The translations under genes were made by a program, and so were the position numbers. Positions 48,001 to 57,103 of a stretch of 64,000 nucleotides of DNA are shown piece by piece. The notes below the pieces were generated by a model, which searched no databases, had not been told where the DNA came from, and saw only the letters and a list, made by a program, of their open reading frames with translations. Positions within the stretch are counted from its first letter, which is position 1. Every line of letters starts with the position of its first letter. The DNA comes from Bacteroidia bacterium. Its GTDB lineage: Bacteria; Bacteroidota; Bacteroidia; UBA8524. The stretch covers positions 9,039 through 73,038 of the forward strand of contig OZ244977.1 of NCBI GenBank assembly GCA_965222995.1, in the 5' to 3' direction.

Positions 48001-48402
48001 GGAGACGGAAATATACTTACCGCACAAAATCCTAGCTACACATACTCAAAAGCAGGGAAGTATACGGTAATACTTAAAGTAGATAATGGAGTATGCGCAG
48101 TGCAAAGCATCCAAAAATCGGGATATATTCAAGTTGACAGCATGATTACTTCAGTTTTTCAATTTAAAAAAGAGGGAATAAAAGTTTATCCCAATCCGAT
48201 AAGTGATAAGTTTACAATAAAATCAGAAAGTGAAATAAATAAAGTTACTCTTCATAATATCTTTGGCAAACAAGTTATTGCACAGGAAATAAATGCCTTA
48301 ATAACTAATATTAATGTTGGCAGACTAAGTAAAGGCATATATACATTAACCATAGAATTAAATACTGGTGTAACTAAAATTGCGAAAATAGTTGTAAACT
48401 AA
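45058..48402 (+). CDS. T9SS type A CTD protein, array member 2 (in-frame ATG at 45019 also possible)
   Basis: Signal peptide MKKHYY...SSKA; FRDCNG, CCRS, EYRRING; repeated D.NGC Ig-like units; PKD; CTD VYPNP. Confidence 0.85.
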   Translation: MKKHYYLNKKTVLFFFFILCIVSSKASVMGSVITYKAIDSVKYEVTLTVFRDCNGATMPTTIDLDVTGKPTGVFAVTLPKISSRDVTGINPNCKIFKSKCNGGNYQYGIEEIVYRGVVNISGGACQYTFAFDYCCRSSSITTGAANQNHYNFAMVNKCYGENNSVLAETPSFLIGWGRNFSTVIFKGDTINTQDSIAYSLAKPMSGATTFNSYSGSWSYLRPLSFLGFPNTTLSPPAGFHFNAASSELSFRPTTNNQQTVLCVEAKEYRRINGKMEVAGISRMDYSASFVYTGFNRAPTIQGQNFVRVCIGDTTEIEITTNDIDFSDTTFLDVANIPTGATVIFSRIGKHAKAIIKWVPKLSDVNPNPYSIIVTATDDECLIVGKSVKAFSILVQKIPDAGDIKILSKAPQCNSAEVVLSVSNKLQNPIISMVDEDSMAFLSNDTSRLYFKNSGWSKFHITVKSDNFCDYIQTDSVLVTPQYSIQLNTKKDTVVCKNENVAFFTTPLTGTAPYTYKWVDRGTRTTKHNTASFSQKMLASQLHSILVVDANYCAGIDSVDITVNDLPIVDLGYGPTVCPNDSFKLTAKHVSGAVPAKYNWFGKDTLQSIKTAISSTRKFYVEGISQQGCISPLDSIEIKVHSIEVDAGTYYGNCVGWPVTLVAFPLGGLKPFNYSWVNSNSNTNVISIYPSKDTSLVVRMEDFRGCVVYDTAFVPVFVPTSFQAPSNVSTCSGVSTNIKLTNIIGDGPFSFFWNGVQGVDSLGIAPNKTESIKAEIMDINGCVVEKDITVTVYQNPRVKLGQDKTVCRGSKQNLIASVSQGKQPYNYLWSDGSTGSIFSTTVNAKRQITLKVEDANGCKGDDIILLDTLPSQRAILTPFTEPFCEEDPPVSLQSIPVIGTWTGAGVNGKIFNPNTADAGVHTLKFNFISQYNCPEQGEIYAVVKQVPKVGFTVDKTKGLLNTVFNFTNTTQADTTYTSEWSMGDGNILTAQNPSYTYSKAGKYTVILKVDNGVCAVQSIQKSGYIQVDSMITSVFQFKKEGIKVYPNPISDKFTIKSESEINKVTLHNIFGKQVIAQEINALITNINVGRLSKGIYTLTIELNTGVTKIAKIVVN

Positions 48403-48432
48403 TTTGTTATAAGCTATTATAAAATGTGTCGA

Positions 48433-48551
48433 GACGGACTTTACCTTAAAAAGGTTGCTTATACAAAATGAATTTTGTATAAAAACTAATATTTTAGGCA
48501 ACAGTGAAGCGGCATTATGGTTTCTTAAAAGCAACCTAAAAGCAAATTCCT
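48433..48551. promoter_or_regulatory. Conserved intergenic element copy 2
   Basis: Minus AAGCAAC-N17-CGTC; plus GCAAC-N16-GGTTTCTT; palindrome TTATACAAAAT-ga-ATTTTGTATAA (48459-48482). Confidence 0.7.
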
Positions 48552-51500
48552 ATGAAATATTTTATCTATCAACTAAGTAAAAAAACTCTTTTTATTATAA
48601 CTTTTTGTATTAGCTGTTTTGCTGCAAAAGCGCAATTTGGCTCTTATATTAGCTATACAGCTATTGATTCGATAAAATACGAAGTAGTATTAACTGTTTT
48701 CAGGGATTGTAACGGTTCACCAGCGGGGAATACTGCAACTGTGGAAGTTTTTGGAAAATCAAGCGGTCCTTTCAAAGCCACGTTAAATAAAGTTTCAACC
48801 AAAGATATAACAGGAATAAACCCCAAGTGTCCTCAAAAATCAAAATGTAGTGGTAGCTATGCATACGGTGTAGAAGAAATAGTTTACAAAGACACTGTGG
48901 ATATTAGCGGCGGAAGTTGTAATTATGAGTTTAGATATAGCAACTGTTGCAGACCTAGCAGCATAACTAACGGTCCTGCAAATACTAACCACTTTAATAT
49001 TGCTACAATAAACAAGTGTTATGGGTTAAATACTGCTGCACAATTATCAAAAATTAGAATTCTAATTGCATCAGGGCAAGATTTTAAAGGAAAGATATTT
49101 ATTGGTGATACGATAAATACACAAGACTCTATTGTTTATTCACTGGTAAGAGTTTTAACAGATATTGGTAAACCTGCTTCCTATAGTGGGGTATACGACC
49201 ATACCAGACCTATTACATTTTTAGGGTTCCCAAATAAGAGTTTAAATCTACCTGCCGGTTTCCATTTCGATAGGGAAACCAGCGAGTTTGCGTTTAGACC
49301 CACAAAAAATAATCAAGTAGCAGTGTTTTGTGTTGAAGCCAAAGAGTTCAGGAAAATTAATGGAGTGATGCAAGTAATAGGAACATCACGTGTAGAATAT
49401 GTAAATGCTGTTATCTCTTCACCAAATAATAAAACACCATATATAAGCGGACAATCAGTAATAGCATGTGCAGGGGCAACCACCAGCATTACTTTAGAAG
49501 CAAAAGACATTGATAAAAAAGACACTACCTTTTTAGATGTTGTAGGATTACCTCAGGGAGCTACAGTTACCTACTCAAGAAAGGGTAATAATGCATTGGC
49601 AACTGTTACTTGGACACCCAAGCAAAGTGATATAAGTAATATCCCATATACTTTCACTGCAACAGCATCAGACGATGCTTGCCCGTTAAGCGGGTTTTCA
49701 TCAAAAGGATTTAGCTTTACTGTAAGAAAAGCACCTAAGGCAAATGATGTTAAGGTAGTGTCTAAACAGGCTAGTTGTAGTTCAGCAGAAATTATAATTG
49801 AGATTGACTCAAGCATAAAGAAGCCGATAATTAGCATGACGGATGAGGATAGTCTTTCTTTTGGAACAAACGATACCTCACGACTATACTTTAAAGGCAG
49901 TGGCTGGAAGAAGTTTTTTGTTAAAGTAAAAAACCAAAGTTTTTGCGATTACACATTGGTAGACTCTGTTTTTATTAACCCCCAATATAACCTGCAACTT
50001 AACACAAAAAACGACTCAACAGTTTGTCCTAACCAAAGCTTTATGTTTTTTACCAACGCTTTAAATGGTACTGCGTCATATTCTTATTTATGGCAAGATA
50101 TTAATACTAACAATACGGTATCAACTGCATCAACATTTAGTGTTACAATGGGCATAAAAAATTTACATTATAAGCTTCTTGTAGCAGACAGTAATTACTG
50201 TATAGGGTATGATAGTGTGAAAATGAGTGCTTATGAACTTTCTATAATAAAAGTAGGAAATAAAGAAATTGAAAAATGTCCCAACAAACCGTTTCAGTTA
50301 AGTGCTTCGCATGTTTCAGGACCGCCTATAAAACAGTTTCATTGGGTTGGAGTTGATACACTACCTATAGTTACGGCACAATTATCAAAACCGGGAACAT
50401 TTACAGTAGTAGCAATAAACACTGATGGGTGTAGAGTATTGGGTCGTACAAGTGTGAAGCTATATCCAATAGGGGTAAATGGCGGGCAATACACGTCTTG
50501 TAAAAATGCATCAATACAATTAGTAGCAAAAAGCACTGCGGGAAATTTACCTTTCAAGTATTCATGGTTGAGTAATAGCGTTAAAAACGATTCAACAATA
50601 GTTAATATTAAAAACAACGATACTTCTTTTGTTGTGAGAATAGAAGACGGCAGGGGCTGTATTGCTTATGATACAGCTAAAGTTATTACCTTTCCCTCAG
50701 TAAAATATCAGTTGCCATTAAACCCCGCAACATGTGCAGGAATACCCATAAACATTAAACTAAATAATATACAAGGTGCAGCACCGTTTACCTTTGTTTG
50801 GGATGGAAAGACAAGTACTGATAGCAGTAATGTTTTTACTTTACAACAAACTAAAAATGTTGCAGTTGATATTATAGACAGTAATAATTGTAAAGTATCA
50901 GACCATATAAATATTACAATAAACCAAAACCCCGAACCCCGTTTGGGTAACGACAAAAAAGAGTGCAAGGGCACTAAAAAAGTATTAAAGGCTTTTGTAG
51001 TAAGTGGAACAAAACCATTTAATTATTTATGGACAGACGGCAGCACTAACGATAGCTTTACAACAACAATAAATACAGTAACAAAAATAGGATTGCAGGT
51101 TACCGATGTTAATGGTTGTGTAGGGGTTGATACTATAACTTTTGATACCATTCAATCTCAAAATGCTGTTTTAACGCCATTAGCTAATCCATTTTGTGAA
51201 GAGGACGCACCTGTTTCACTTAAAAGCACTCCCACAATTGGTACTTGGACAGGAGCCGGTGTAAACGGAAAAATATTCAACCCTAAATCAGCAGGGGCTG
51301 GAGTACACCCTTTAAAGTTTAACTTTACCAGTATTTATAACTGTCCTGAAGAGGGAGAGATTTATGCAGTAGTAAAACAAACACCGCAGCCTGATTTTAC
51401 AGTAGATAAAACCAAAGGCACGCTTAGTACAGTATTTAACTTTACAAATACTACACAAGCTGATACTACTTATACCAGCGAATGGAATATGGGCGATGGA

Positions 51501-51890
51501 AGCATACTTACTGCACAAAACCCCAGTTATACATATCCAAAAGTTGGAACGTATACAGTTACACTAAAAGTAGATAATGGAGTGTGTTCAGTAAAAACGA
51601 TTACTAAAAGCAACTTTATTGAGGTTGACAGCATCATTAATTTTATACCAACCAGCGGAAAAGACAGACTAAATATATTTCCTAACCCGGTAAGTGAAAT
51701 TTTAACAATTGTAGCAGAGCAAGAGATAAAAGAGGTTGAAATAATTGATTTACAAGGCAAACAAGTACCGGTAGAGAACTTAAAAACAACGGAAATAAAT
51801 GTAAAAAACATCCCTCAAGGGCTGTACATACTTATTACAAAACTTAAAAGTGGCGCAGAAATAAAAACTAAATTATTAATAACCCATTAA
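48552..51890 (+). CDS. T9SS type A CTD protein, array member 3
   Basis: FRDCNG, CCRP, EFRKING; closely collinear with member 2; CTD IFPNP. Confidence 0.85.
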   Translation: MKYFIYQLSKKTLFIITFCISCFAAKAQFGSYISYTAIDSIKYEVVLTVFRDCNGSPAGNTATVEVFGKSSGPFKATLNKVSTKDITGINPKCPQKSKCSGSYAYGVEEIVYKDTVDISGGSCNYEFRYSNCCRPSSITNGPANTNHFNIATINKCYGLNTAAQLSKIRILIASGQDFKGKIFIGDTINTQDSIVYSLVRVLTDIGKPASYSGVYDHTRPITFLGFPNKSLNLPAGFHFDRETSEFAFRPTKNNQVAVFCVEAKEFRKINGVMQVIGTSRVEYVNAVISSPNNKTPYISGQSVIACAGATTSITLEAKDIDKKDTTFLDVVGLPQGATVTYSRKGNNALATVTWTPKQSDISNIPYTFTATASDDACPLSGFSSKGFSFTVRKAPKANDVKVVSKQASCSSAEIIIEIDSSIKKPIISMTDEDSLSFGTNDTSRLYFKGSGWKKFFVKVKNQSFCDYTLVDSVFINPQYNLQLNTKNDSTVCPNQSFMFFTNALNGTASYSYLWQDINTNNTVSTASTFSVTMGIKNLHYKLLVADSNYCIGYDSVKMSAYELSIIKVGNKEIEKCPNKPFQLSASHVSGPPIKQFHWVGVDTLPIVTAQLSKPGTFTVVAINTDGCRVLGRTSVKLYPIGVNGGQYTSCKNASIQLVAKSTAGNLPFKYSWLSNSVKNDSTIVNIKNNDTSFVVRIEDGRGCIAYDTAKVITFPSVKYQLPLNPATCAGIPINIKLNNIQGAAPFTFVWDGKTSTDSSNVFTLQQTKNVAVDIIDSNNCKVSDHINITINQNPEPRLGNDKKECKGTKKVLKAFVVSGTKPFNYLWTDGSTNDSFTTTINTVTKIGLQVTDVNGCVGVDTITFDTIQSQNAVLTPLANPFCEEDAPVSLKSTPTIGTWTGAGVNGKIFNPKSAGAGVHPLKFNFTSIYNCPEEGEIYAVVKQTPQPDFTVDKTKGTLSTVFNFTNTTQADTTYTSEWNMGDGSILTAQNPSYTYPKVGTYTVTLKVDNGVCSVKTITKSNFIEVDSIINFIPTSGKDRLNIFPNPVSEILTIVAEQEIKEVEIIDLQGKQVPVENLKTTEINVKNIPQGLYILITKLKSGAEIKTKLLITH

Positions 51891-51901
51891 ATCCCGTATG
51901 T

Positions 51902-54900
51902 ATGGAAGCGTTAAAAAAAGGTTTCATCCTTCTCACACTTTTAATTTTTTTTCAATTCAGTGCCAAAGCGGGGCATGCAGAATTAGGCTCTCATGTAGGC
52001 TATAAAGCAATAGACTCAACAACCTATGAGGTAACTGTAACCATTTACAGGGACTGTAACGGTATTGTTCCTGCAACAATTAAGTTGGGTATTACCGGAA
52101 AAACTACAGGCTTTTTTGAGGTAGTACTTACTGAAGTTTCCACTACAGATATAACCGGGGCATATTTAAACTGCAACTTTATAAGTAGATGTACAGGGTC
52201 ATTTGCCTACGGTATACAGAAGGTAATTTATAAAGATACAGTTGATATTTCGGGTGGGGCATGTGAGTATAGGTTTAGTTATAAAGACTGTTGTAGAAAT
52301 AGTAATATTACTACAGGTTCAGCAAACACTGGGCACTATAACTATGCGATGGTAAACAAGTGCTTTGGCATAAACAACTCTGTACAAGCAAACCTCGAGC
52401 CTAGAATATTAATTCCTGTTGGACAAGATATTTTTATGACCACTTTTAATGGTGATAAAATAGACAAACAAGACTCAGTAGTTTATAGCCAGGCAGATGT
52501 TTATGAAGATAGTGTAACCAGTTCTTCCTACTCGGGATCTTGGACAGCGCAAAGACCAATATCATTTTTAGGGTTCCCAAACAATGGTCTCAACTCTCCT
52601 GCAGGTTTTAAGTTTGATGAAACAACCAGTGCTCTAAGGTTTAGACCCACAGTACAAAACCAAGTAACACTCTTTTGTCATGAAGCAAGAGAGTATAGAA
52701 AGATTAATGGTAAAATGGAACTTGTAGGTCTTACCCGTATGGAGCATGAAGTAATTGTTATAGGAGGGCCTAATAACAAAACACCCACTATAAAAGGAAG
52801 TTCAGCAGTGGCTTGTGTGGGGCAAAAAACGTGTATTGATTTTGAGACCGACGATGTAGACAAGAATGATAGTACTTTTTTAACTTTCAAAGGATTACCA
52901 CAAGGTGCTACCGTAACTTATAGCCGTAAAGGAAGATTGGCTACTGCACAAGTTTGTTATGTTCCCACAAAAGCAGATGTAAGCAATAATCCTTACCAAT
53001 TTACTGTGTTTGTTAGCGATAATTCATGTGAAATAAGTGGTAGAAGTTCGTCATCGTTTACTTACATTGTAGATAATTCTCCTGACTCAACTAATATTGA
53101 AGTACTTTCAAAAACAACTAGTTGCAGCTCGACAGATATTATTGTGAACTTGAAAAATACTTCAGGTTTAACAGGATTATCGTGGGAAATATTTGATGAG
53201 GATAATTTGTCCAAATCAACCAATGATACTGCTAAACTATTTTTTAAAGGCAGCGGTTGGAAGAAGTTTTTTGTGATACTTAAGGCAACCAACTCGCTTT
53301 GCACATTTACCTTAGAAGATTCAGTTTTTATAGCTCCACAATACAGCTTAAATCTAAATACAATAAAAGATTCAACACTATGTACTCAGAGTGCACTTTC
53401 AATATTCACAACACCACTTAACGGAACAGCACCTTATAATTATTTATGGTCTTCTAATGTTGGCAATAACCTTTCTACACAATCTTCTTTCACACAAAAT
53501 ATCAATACTGTCGGTAAATCTAAGTATTATGTTTTTGTTAGTGATGACAATGGCTGTATAGGCAACGATTCAACAGAGATTACACTTACCGACCCACTAA
53601 TTATTAGTGCAGGCAATTACCCTTCAATTTGTGGTAATTCTGTATCAGTACAATTAAAAGCAAACGTTACTGCGGGTAAAACACCTTTTAAATATACGTG
53701 GCTCCCAAATAATGTAACTACTGATACATTTACAGTTGCCCCAACAACTTCAACAAATTACATACTAAAGGTTGAAGATGGTACAGGTTGTATAGCTTAT
53801 GATACCGCAAAAATTATAGTAGCCCCGCAGGTAAGCTTCACACCACCTCCAACAACTACAACTTGTGAGGGTAACTCGGTAACCCTCCAAGCCATTAATA
53901 TTGTAGGTGTTGCACCTATCACTTTTACTTGGGACAGTATTTCTGCTACTGACAAATTCACTATAAGTAATCCTACACAAAGTAAAGCTATAACTATAGA
54001 AATGAGAGATAGCAACAATTGTGTAGCTACGCGTTTTGTGCAGCTTGTTGTAAACCAGAATCCTGAAGTTTCCGCAGGAGCCAATAAAACGGTTTGTAGG
54101 GGAGTTCCTTTATTTGTTCAAGCTACAGCTACCAAGGGAAAATCACCGTATAGCTTCAAATGGTCTAACAATGTTAGTACTGATAGCTTTACTACAGTTT
54201 TAAATGCACCCAGACAGTTTATAGTTGAAGTAACCGATGATAACGGTTGTAAAGCAACAGATAACGTTACATTCCAACTACATCCGAAAGATAATATTAC
54301 CATAACCCAATTAGCCCCCCAATGCGAAACGGGTAACCCTATAGCATTAACAGCAAACCCAAATACAGGCATTTGGAGTGGAAATGGTGTAGGTACAGGT
54401 AATTTGTTCATCCCACAGCTTGCAGGTATAGGGGTGCATAAGGCTACATATAACTATACAAGCAGTAAAGGGTGCACTGAAACTGACGATATGTATATAG
54501 TAGTGAAACAGGTGCCTGATGTGAAATTTACAGTAGATAAGGTAAAAGGAGTGCCCAATGACCAGTTTAATTTTACAAACCAAACAACAGCAGATACCAA
54601 CTATACGGTAGTGTGGAACTTTGGTGATTTAGGAGCACCTGGAAATATCAGCCAACTGGCAAACCCCAGTTACACCTATACCAAAAAAGGATTGTATACG
54701 GTTAAGCTAACAGTTTATAATGGGGTGTGCAGCCCACAAACAGAAACTAAAGCAGACTATATTTTAGTAGATAGTGCTACAGTTTCTACACCTGAAATTA
54801 ATAAAACAAGTATTAAGGTTTACCCAAACCCTGCTAATGAAAACATTTTTATAGAGTCGGAAAATACAATTTCTGTTATCTCTATTTACGATGTAGCAGG

Positions 54901-55042
54901 AAGAGAGGTTTACCAATTAACAGACAACAACAACCCCAATATAATTATAGATATTGCTACACTTAAAAACGGAGTGTACTGGATTAAAGCAAGCTTTAAA
55001 GAGGGTGCATCAGCGTATAAAAAAATTGTAATAAGTCATTAA
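51902..55042 (+). CDS. T9SS type A CTD protein, array member 4
   Basis: YRDCNG, CCRN, EYRKING; PKD WNFGD; CTD VYPNP; 11 nt after member 3. Confidence 0.85.
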   Translation: MEALKKGFILLTLLIFFQFSAKAGHAELGSHVGYKAIDSTTYEVTVTIYRDCNGIVPATIKLGITGKTTGFFEVVLTEVSTTDITGAYLNCNFISRCTGSFAYGIQKVIYKDTVDISGGACEYRFSYKDCCRNSNITTGSANTGHYNYAMVNKCFGINNSVQANLEPRILIPVGQDIFMTTFNGDKIDKQDSVVYSQADVYEDSVTSSSYSGSWTAQRPISFLGFPNNGLNSPAGFKFDETTSALRFRPTVQNQVTLFCHEAREYRKINGKMELVGLTRMEHEVIVIGGPNNKTPTIKGSSAVACVGQKTCIDFETDDVDKNDSTFLTFKGLPQGATVTYSRKGRLATAQVCYVPTKADVSNNPYQFTVFVSDNSCEISGRSSSSFTYIVDNSPDSTNIEVLSKTTSCSSTDIIVNLKNTSGLTGLSWEIFDEDNLSKSTNDTAKLFFKGSGWKKFFVILKATNSLCTFTLEDSVFIAPQYSLNLNTIKDSTLCTQSALSIFTTPLNGTAPYNYLWSSNVGNNLSTQSSFTQNINTVGKSKYYVFVSDDNGCIGNDSTEITLTDPLIISAGNYPSICGNSVSVQLKANVTAGKTPFKYTWLPNNVTTDTFTVAPTTSTNYILKVEDGTGCIAYDTAKIIVAPQVSFTPPPTTTTCEGNSVTLQAINIVGVAPITFTWDSISATDKFTISNPTQSKAITIEMRDSNNCVATRFVQLVVNQNPEVSAGANKTVCRGVPLFVQATATKGKSPYSFKWSNNVSTDSFTTVLNAPRQFIVEVTDDNGCKATDNVTFQLHPKDNITITQLAPQCETGNPIALTANPNTGIWSGNGVGTGNLFIPQLAGIGVHKATYNYTSSKGCTETDDMYIVVKQVPDVKFTVDKVKGVPNDQFNFTNQTTADTNYTVVWNFGDLGAPGNISQLANPSYTYTKKGLYTVKLTVYNGVCSPQTETKADYILVDSATVSTPEINKTSIKVYPNPANENIFIESENTISVISIYDVAGREVYQLTDNNNPNIIIDIATLKNGVYWIKASFKEGASAYKKIVISH

Positions 55043-55077
55043 AAAAAATTCGATGAACGGCAGTTATAAATAATGGG

Positions 55078-55110
55078 CAAAGGTAGTGTATACACTACCT
55101 TTGTTGTTTT
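55078..55110. terminator. Perfect 26-bp palindrome plus T-tract; terminator-like and carrying a -7 box on each arm
   Basis: CAAAGGTAGTGTA|TACACTACCTTTG followed by TTGTTTT; TACCTTTG on both strands. Confidence 0.5.
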
Positions 55111-57045
55111 ATGAAAAAACTATTTCATTACTTAGCCGTAGCTTTTTTACTAATCGGTTTAGTTAAGAGTACTTGTGCTACCCATGTAATGGGGGGTGAA
55201 ATTACCTATAAAAATTTAGGGTCAAATAAACTGGAAATAACAGTTTCAGTATATAGAGATTGTAATGGCATTGCTTTAAGTAATTCTCCTTTACAAGTTA
55301 GAAGTGATAGTGGTTTTTATTCATTTACACTTAATAAAGTTTCTGTAATAGATATTACAGGTATTAACCTCAACTGTCCTGTGCAAAGTAGATGCAAGGA
55401 TACAGCAACATATGGTATCGAGGAGCATATTTTCAGAGATACAATAGACATGTCGGCATTAAAGGGTTGCAAGTTTGTATTTAGCTGGATGCAATGTTGT
55501 AGAAACGCTAACATTTCAACCGGAGCAGCGAATCATAACTATTATATGGAAACCACCTATAATAAATGCTTAACACCTAACAATTCATCGCCTTCCTTCT
55601 TAAGCTATCCGGTATTGTTGTTAGGTAGGGGACATGATATTAGCGTTTCTCATACAGCAGTTGATACTGTTGATAACGATGAAATTACCTATGAACTTAC
55701 GGAACCCTTATCGGCACAAGGGGCTAAAATTGGTTATTCAGGTTCATGGAGTGTTTCACGCCCGCTAACCTTTTTGGGTTATCCCAACGCAGGATTAAAT
55801 TTTCCTGCAGGCTTTAGGTTCGACTCTTTAACCAGCAATATGAGTTTTCGCCCTACTATAACAAACCAATCAACAGTTATTTCTTTAAAGGTGAAAGAGT
55901 GGCGAAAAATTAACGGTATCAGAACTCAAATAAGTGAAACCCATAGGGACATACAGCTAATAATTATTAATGCAGGCAATAATAATGCCCCAAGAATTGA
56001 CAGCACATTTAGCAGTATAGTAAAAGCATGCACACCGGGAACATATTGTGTGACGATACCCATTGAAGATAAAGACACAAGCGACACGCTTAGCATACAG
56101 ATTAAACATAATTTCAAAAATCTAACGTATACCAAAGACACAATCTCTCCCAATAAAATTAACTTAAAAGTTTGCTATACAGTTGACTCTAATGTTTTTA
56201 ATAATTCAGGCAGTTATTATTTTAAGATAATTGCAGAAGACGGTGCGTGTCCATTCACAGTGCGCTCAGAAAAAACTTACTTCTTTAGGCGGGATAGTCC
56301 CCAAAAAATAGTTATACCATCGTTGCCTTTATTTTGCGAAAATGATTCCCCTCTATTATTACTGACAAGTCCAAACTTTGGCACATGGAGTGGTTCCGGT
56401 ATAAGTGGCGGTACATTTTCACCATCATTAGCCGGAAAAGGAATACACAATATTGTATATAGTTTTAAAGATAGTATAACAGGCTGCTCTAATAAAGATA
56501 GTGTGTGGGTTAGGGTTTTACAACAGCCTAAAGCAAGTTTTACTGCCAACAAGAATATTGGATTATCTACAGATACATTTAAGTTTACCAACACAACCAC
56601 CGCCGACACTGCATTTCTAAGCTTATGGAATATGGGGCAAAACGGGGCTGCGGGTAATACACAGAACACTAAAGATGCCAGCCATGTATATAATGATTCA
56701 GGCAAGTTTATTATCAGCCTAATTATTAATAATGGAGTTTGTAAAGCCGATAGTACCCAAGATACTGTGGTACTTAGCTTCCCATTATCACTAAGAAAAC
56801 TTCCTCAAATAGTATTAAAATTATATCCAAATCCTGCGAAGGATAAACTTACCGTTGAAGCTGAAAGAGAAGTAGTGAGCATTAAACTGACTGATGTTTT
56901 AGGTAGGGTGTATAAGGTAGAAGGTATAAATAGAAGCACCAAACAAGAAATAGATTTAAGTAATTGCTCAGAAGGTGTTTATACAGTTGTAGTGAGAGAC
57001 GCTGAAGGAAGTGTTTTTATAAGTAAGGTGCTGATAAGGCGTTGA
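55111..57045 (+). CDS. T9SS type A CTD protein, array member 5 (short)
   Basis: THVMGGEITY, YRDCNG, CCRN, EWRKING; lacks most Ig-like repeats; PKD; CTD LYPNP. Confidence 0.85.
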   Translation: MKKLFHYLAVAFLLIGLVKSTCATHVMGGEITYKNLGSNKLEITVSVYRDCNGIALSNSPLQVRSDSGFYSFTLNKVSVIDITGINLNCPVQSRCKDTATYGIEEHIFRDTIDMSALKGCKFVFSWMQCCRNANISTGAANHNYYMETTYNKCLTPNNSSPSFLSYPVLLLGRGHDISVSHTAVDTVDNDEITYELTEPLSAQGAKIGYSGSWSVSRPLTFLGYPNAGLNFPAGFRFDSLTSNMSFRPTITNQSTVISLKVKEWRKINGIRTQISETHRDIQLIIINAGNNNAPRIDSTFSSIVKACTPGTYCVTIPIEDKDTSDTLSIQIKHNFKNLTYTKDTISPNKINLKVCYTVDSNVFNNSGSYYFKIIAEDGACPFTVRSEKTYFFRRDSPQKIVIPSLPLFCENDSPLLLLTSPNFGTWSGSGISGGTFSPSLAGKGIHNIVYSFKDSITGCSNKDSVWVRVLQQPKASFTANKNIGLSTDTFKFTNTTTADTAFLSLWNMGQNGAAGNTQNTKDASHVYNDSGKFIISLIINNGVCKADSTQDTVVLSFPLSLRKLPQIVLKLYPNPAKDKLTVEAEREVVSIKLTDVLGRVYKVEGINRSTKQEIDLSNCSEGVYTVVVRDAEGSVFISKVLIRR

Positions 57046-57103
57046 TAAAAATTGAGTTTTCTGTTTCTTGGTAAAGTATATATTGATATTTGTTATTTAA
57101 GGT

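Noticed and set aside
48452-48537. Invertible (phase-variable) promoter flanked by AGGTTGCTT/AAGCAACCT
   Set aside because: Repeat is only 9 bp, the perfect pair is not present in the homologous copy, and no recombinase gene is in the window; reads in both orientations would be needed
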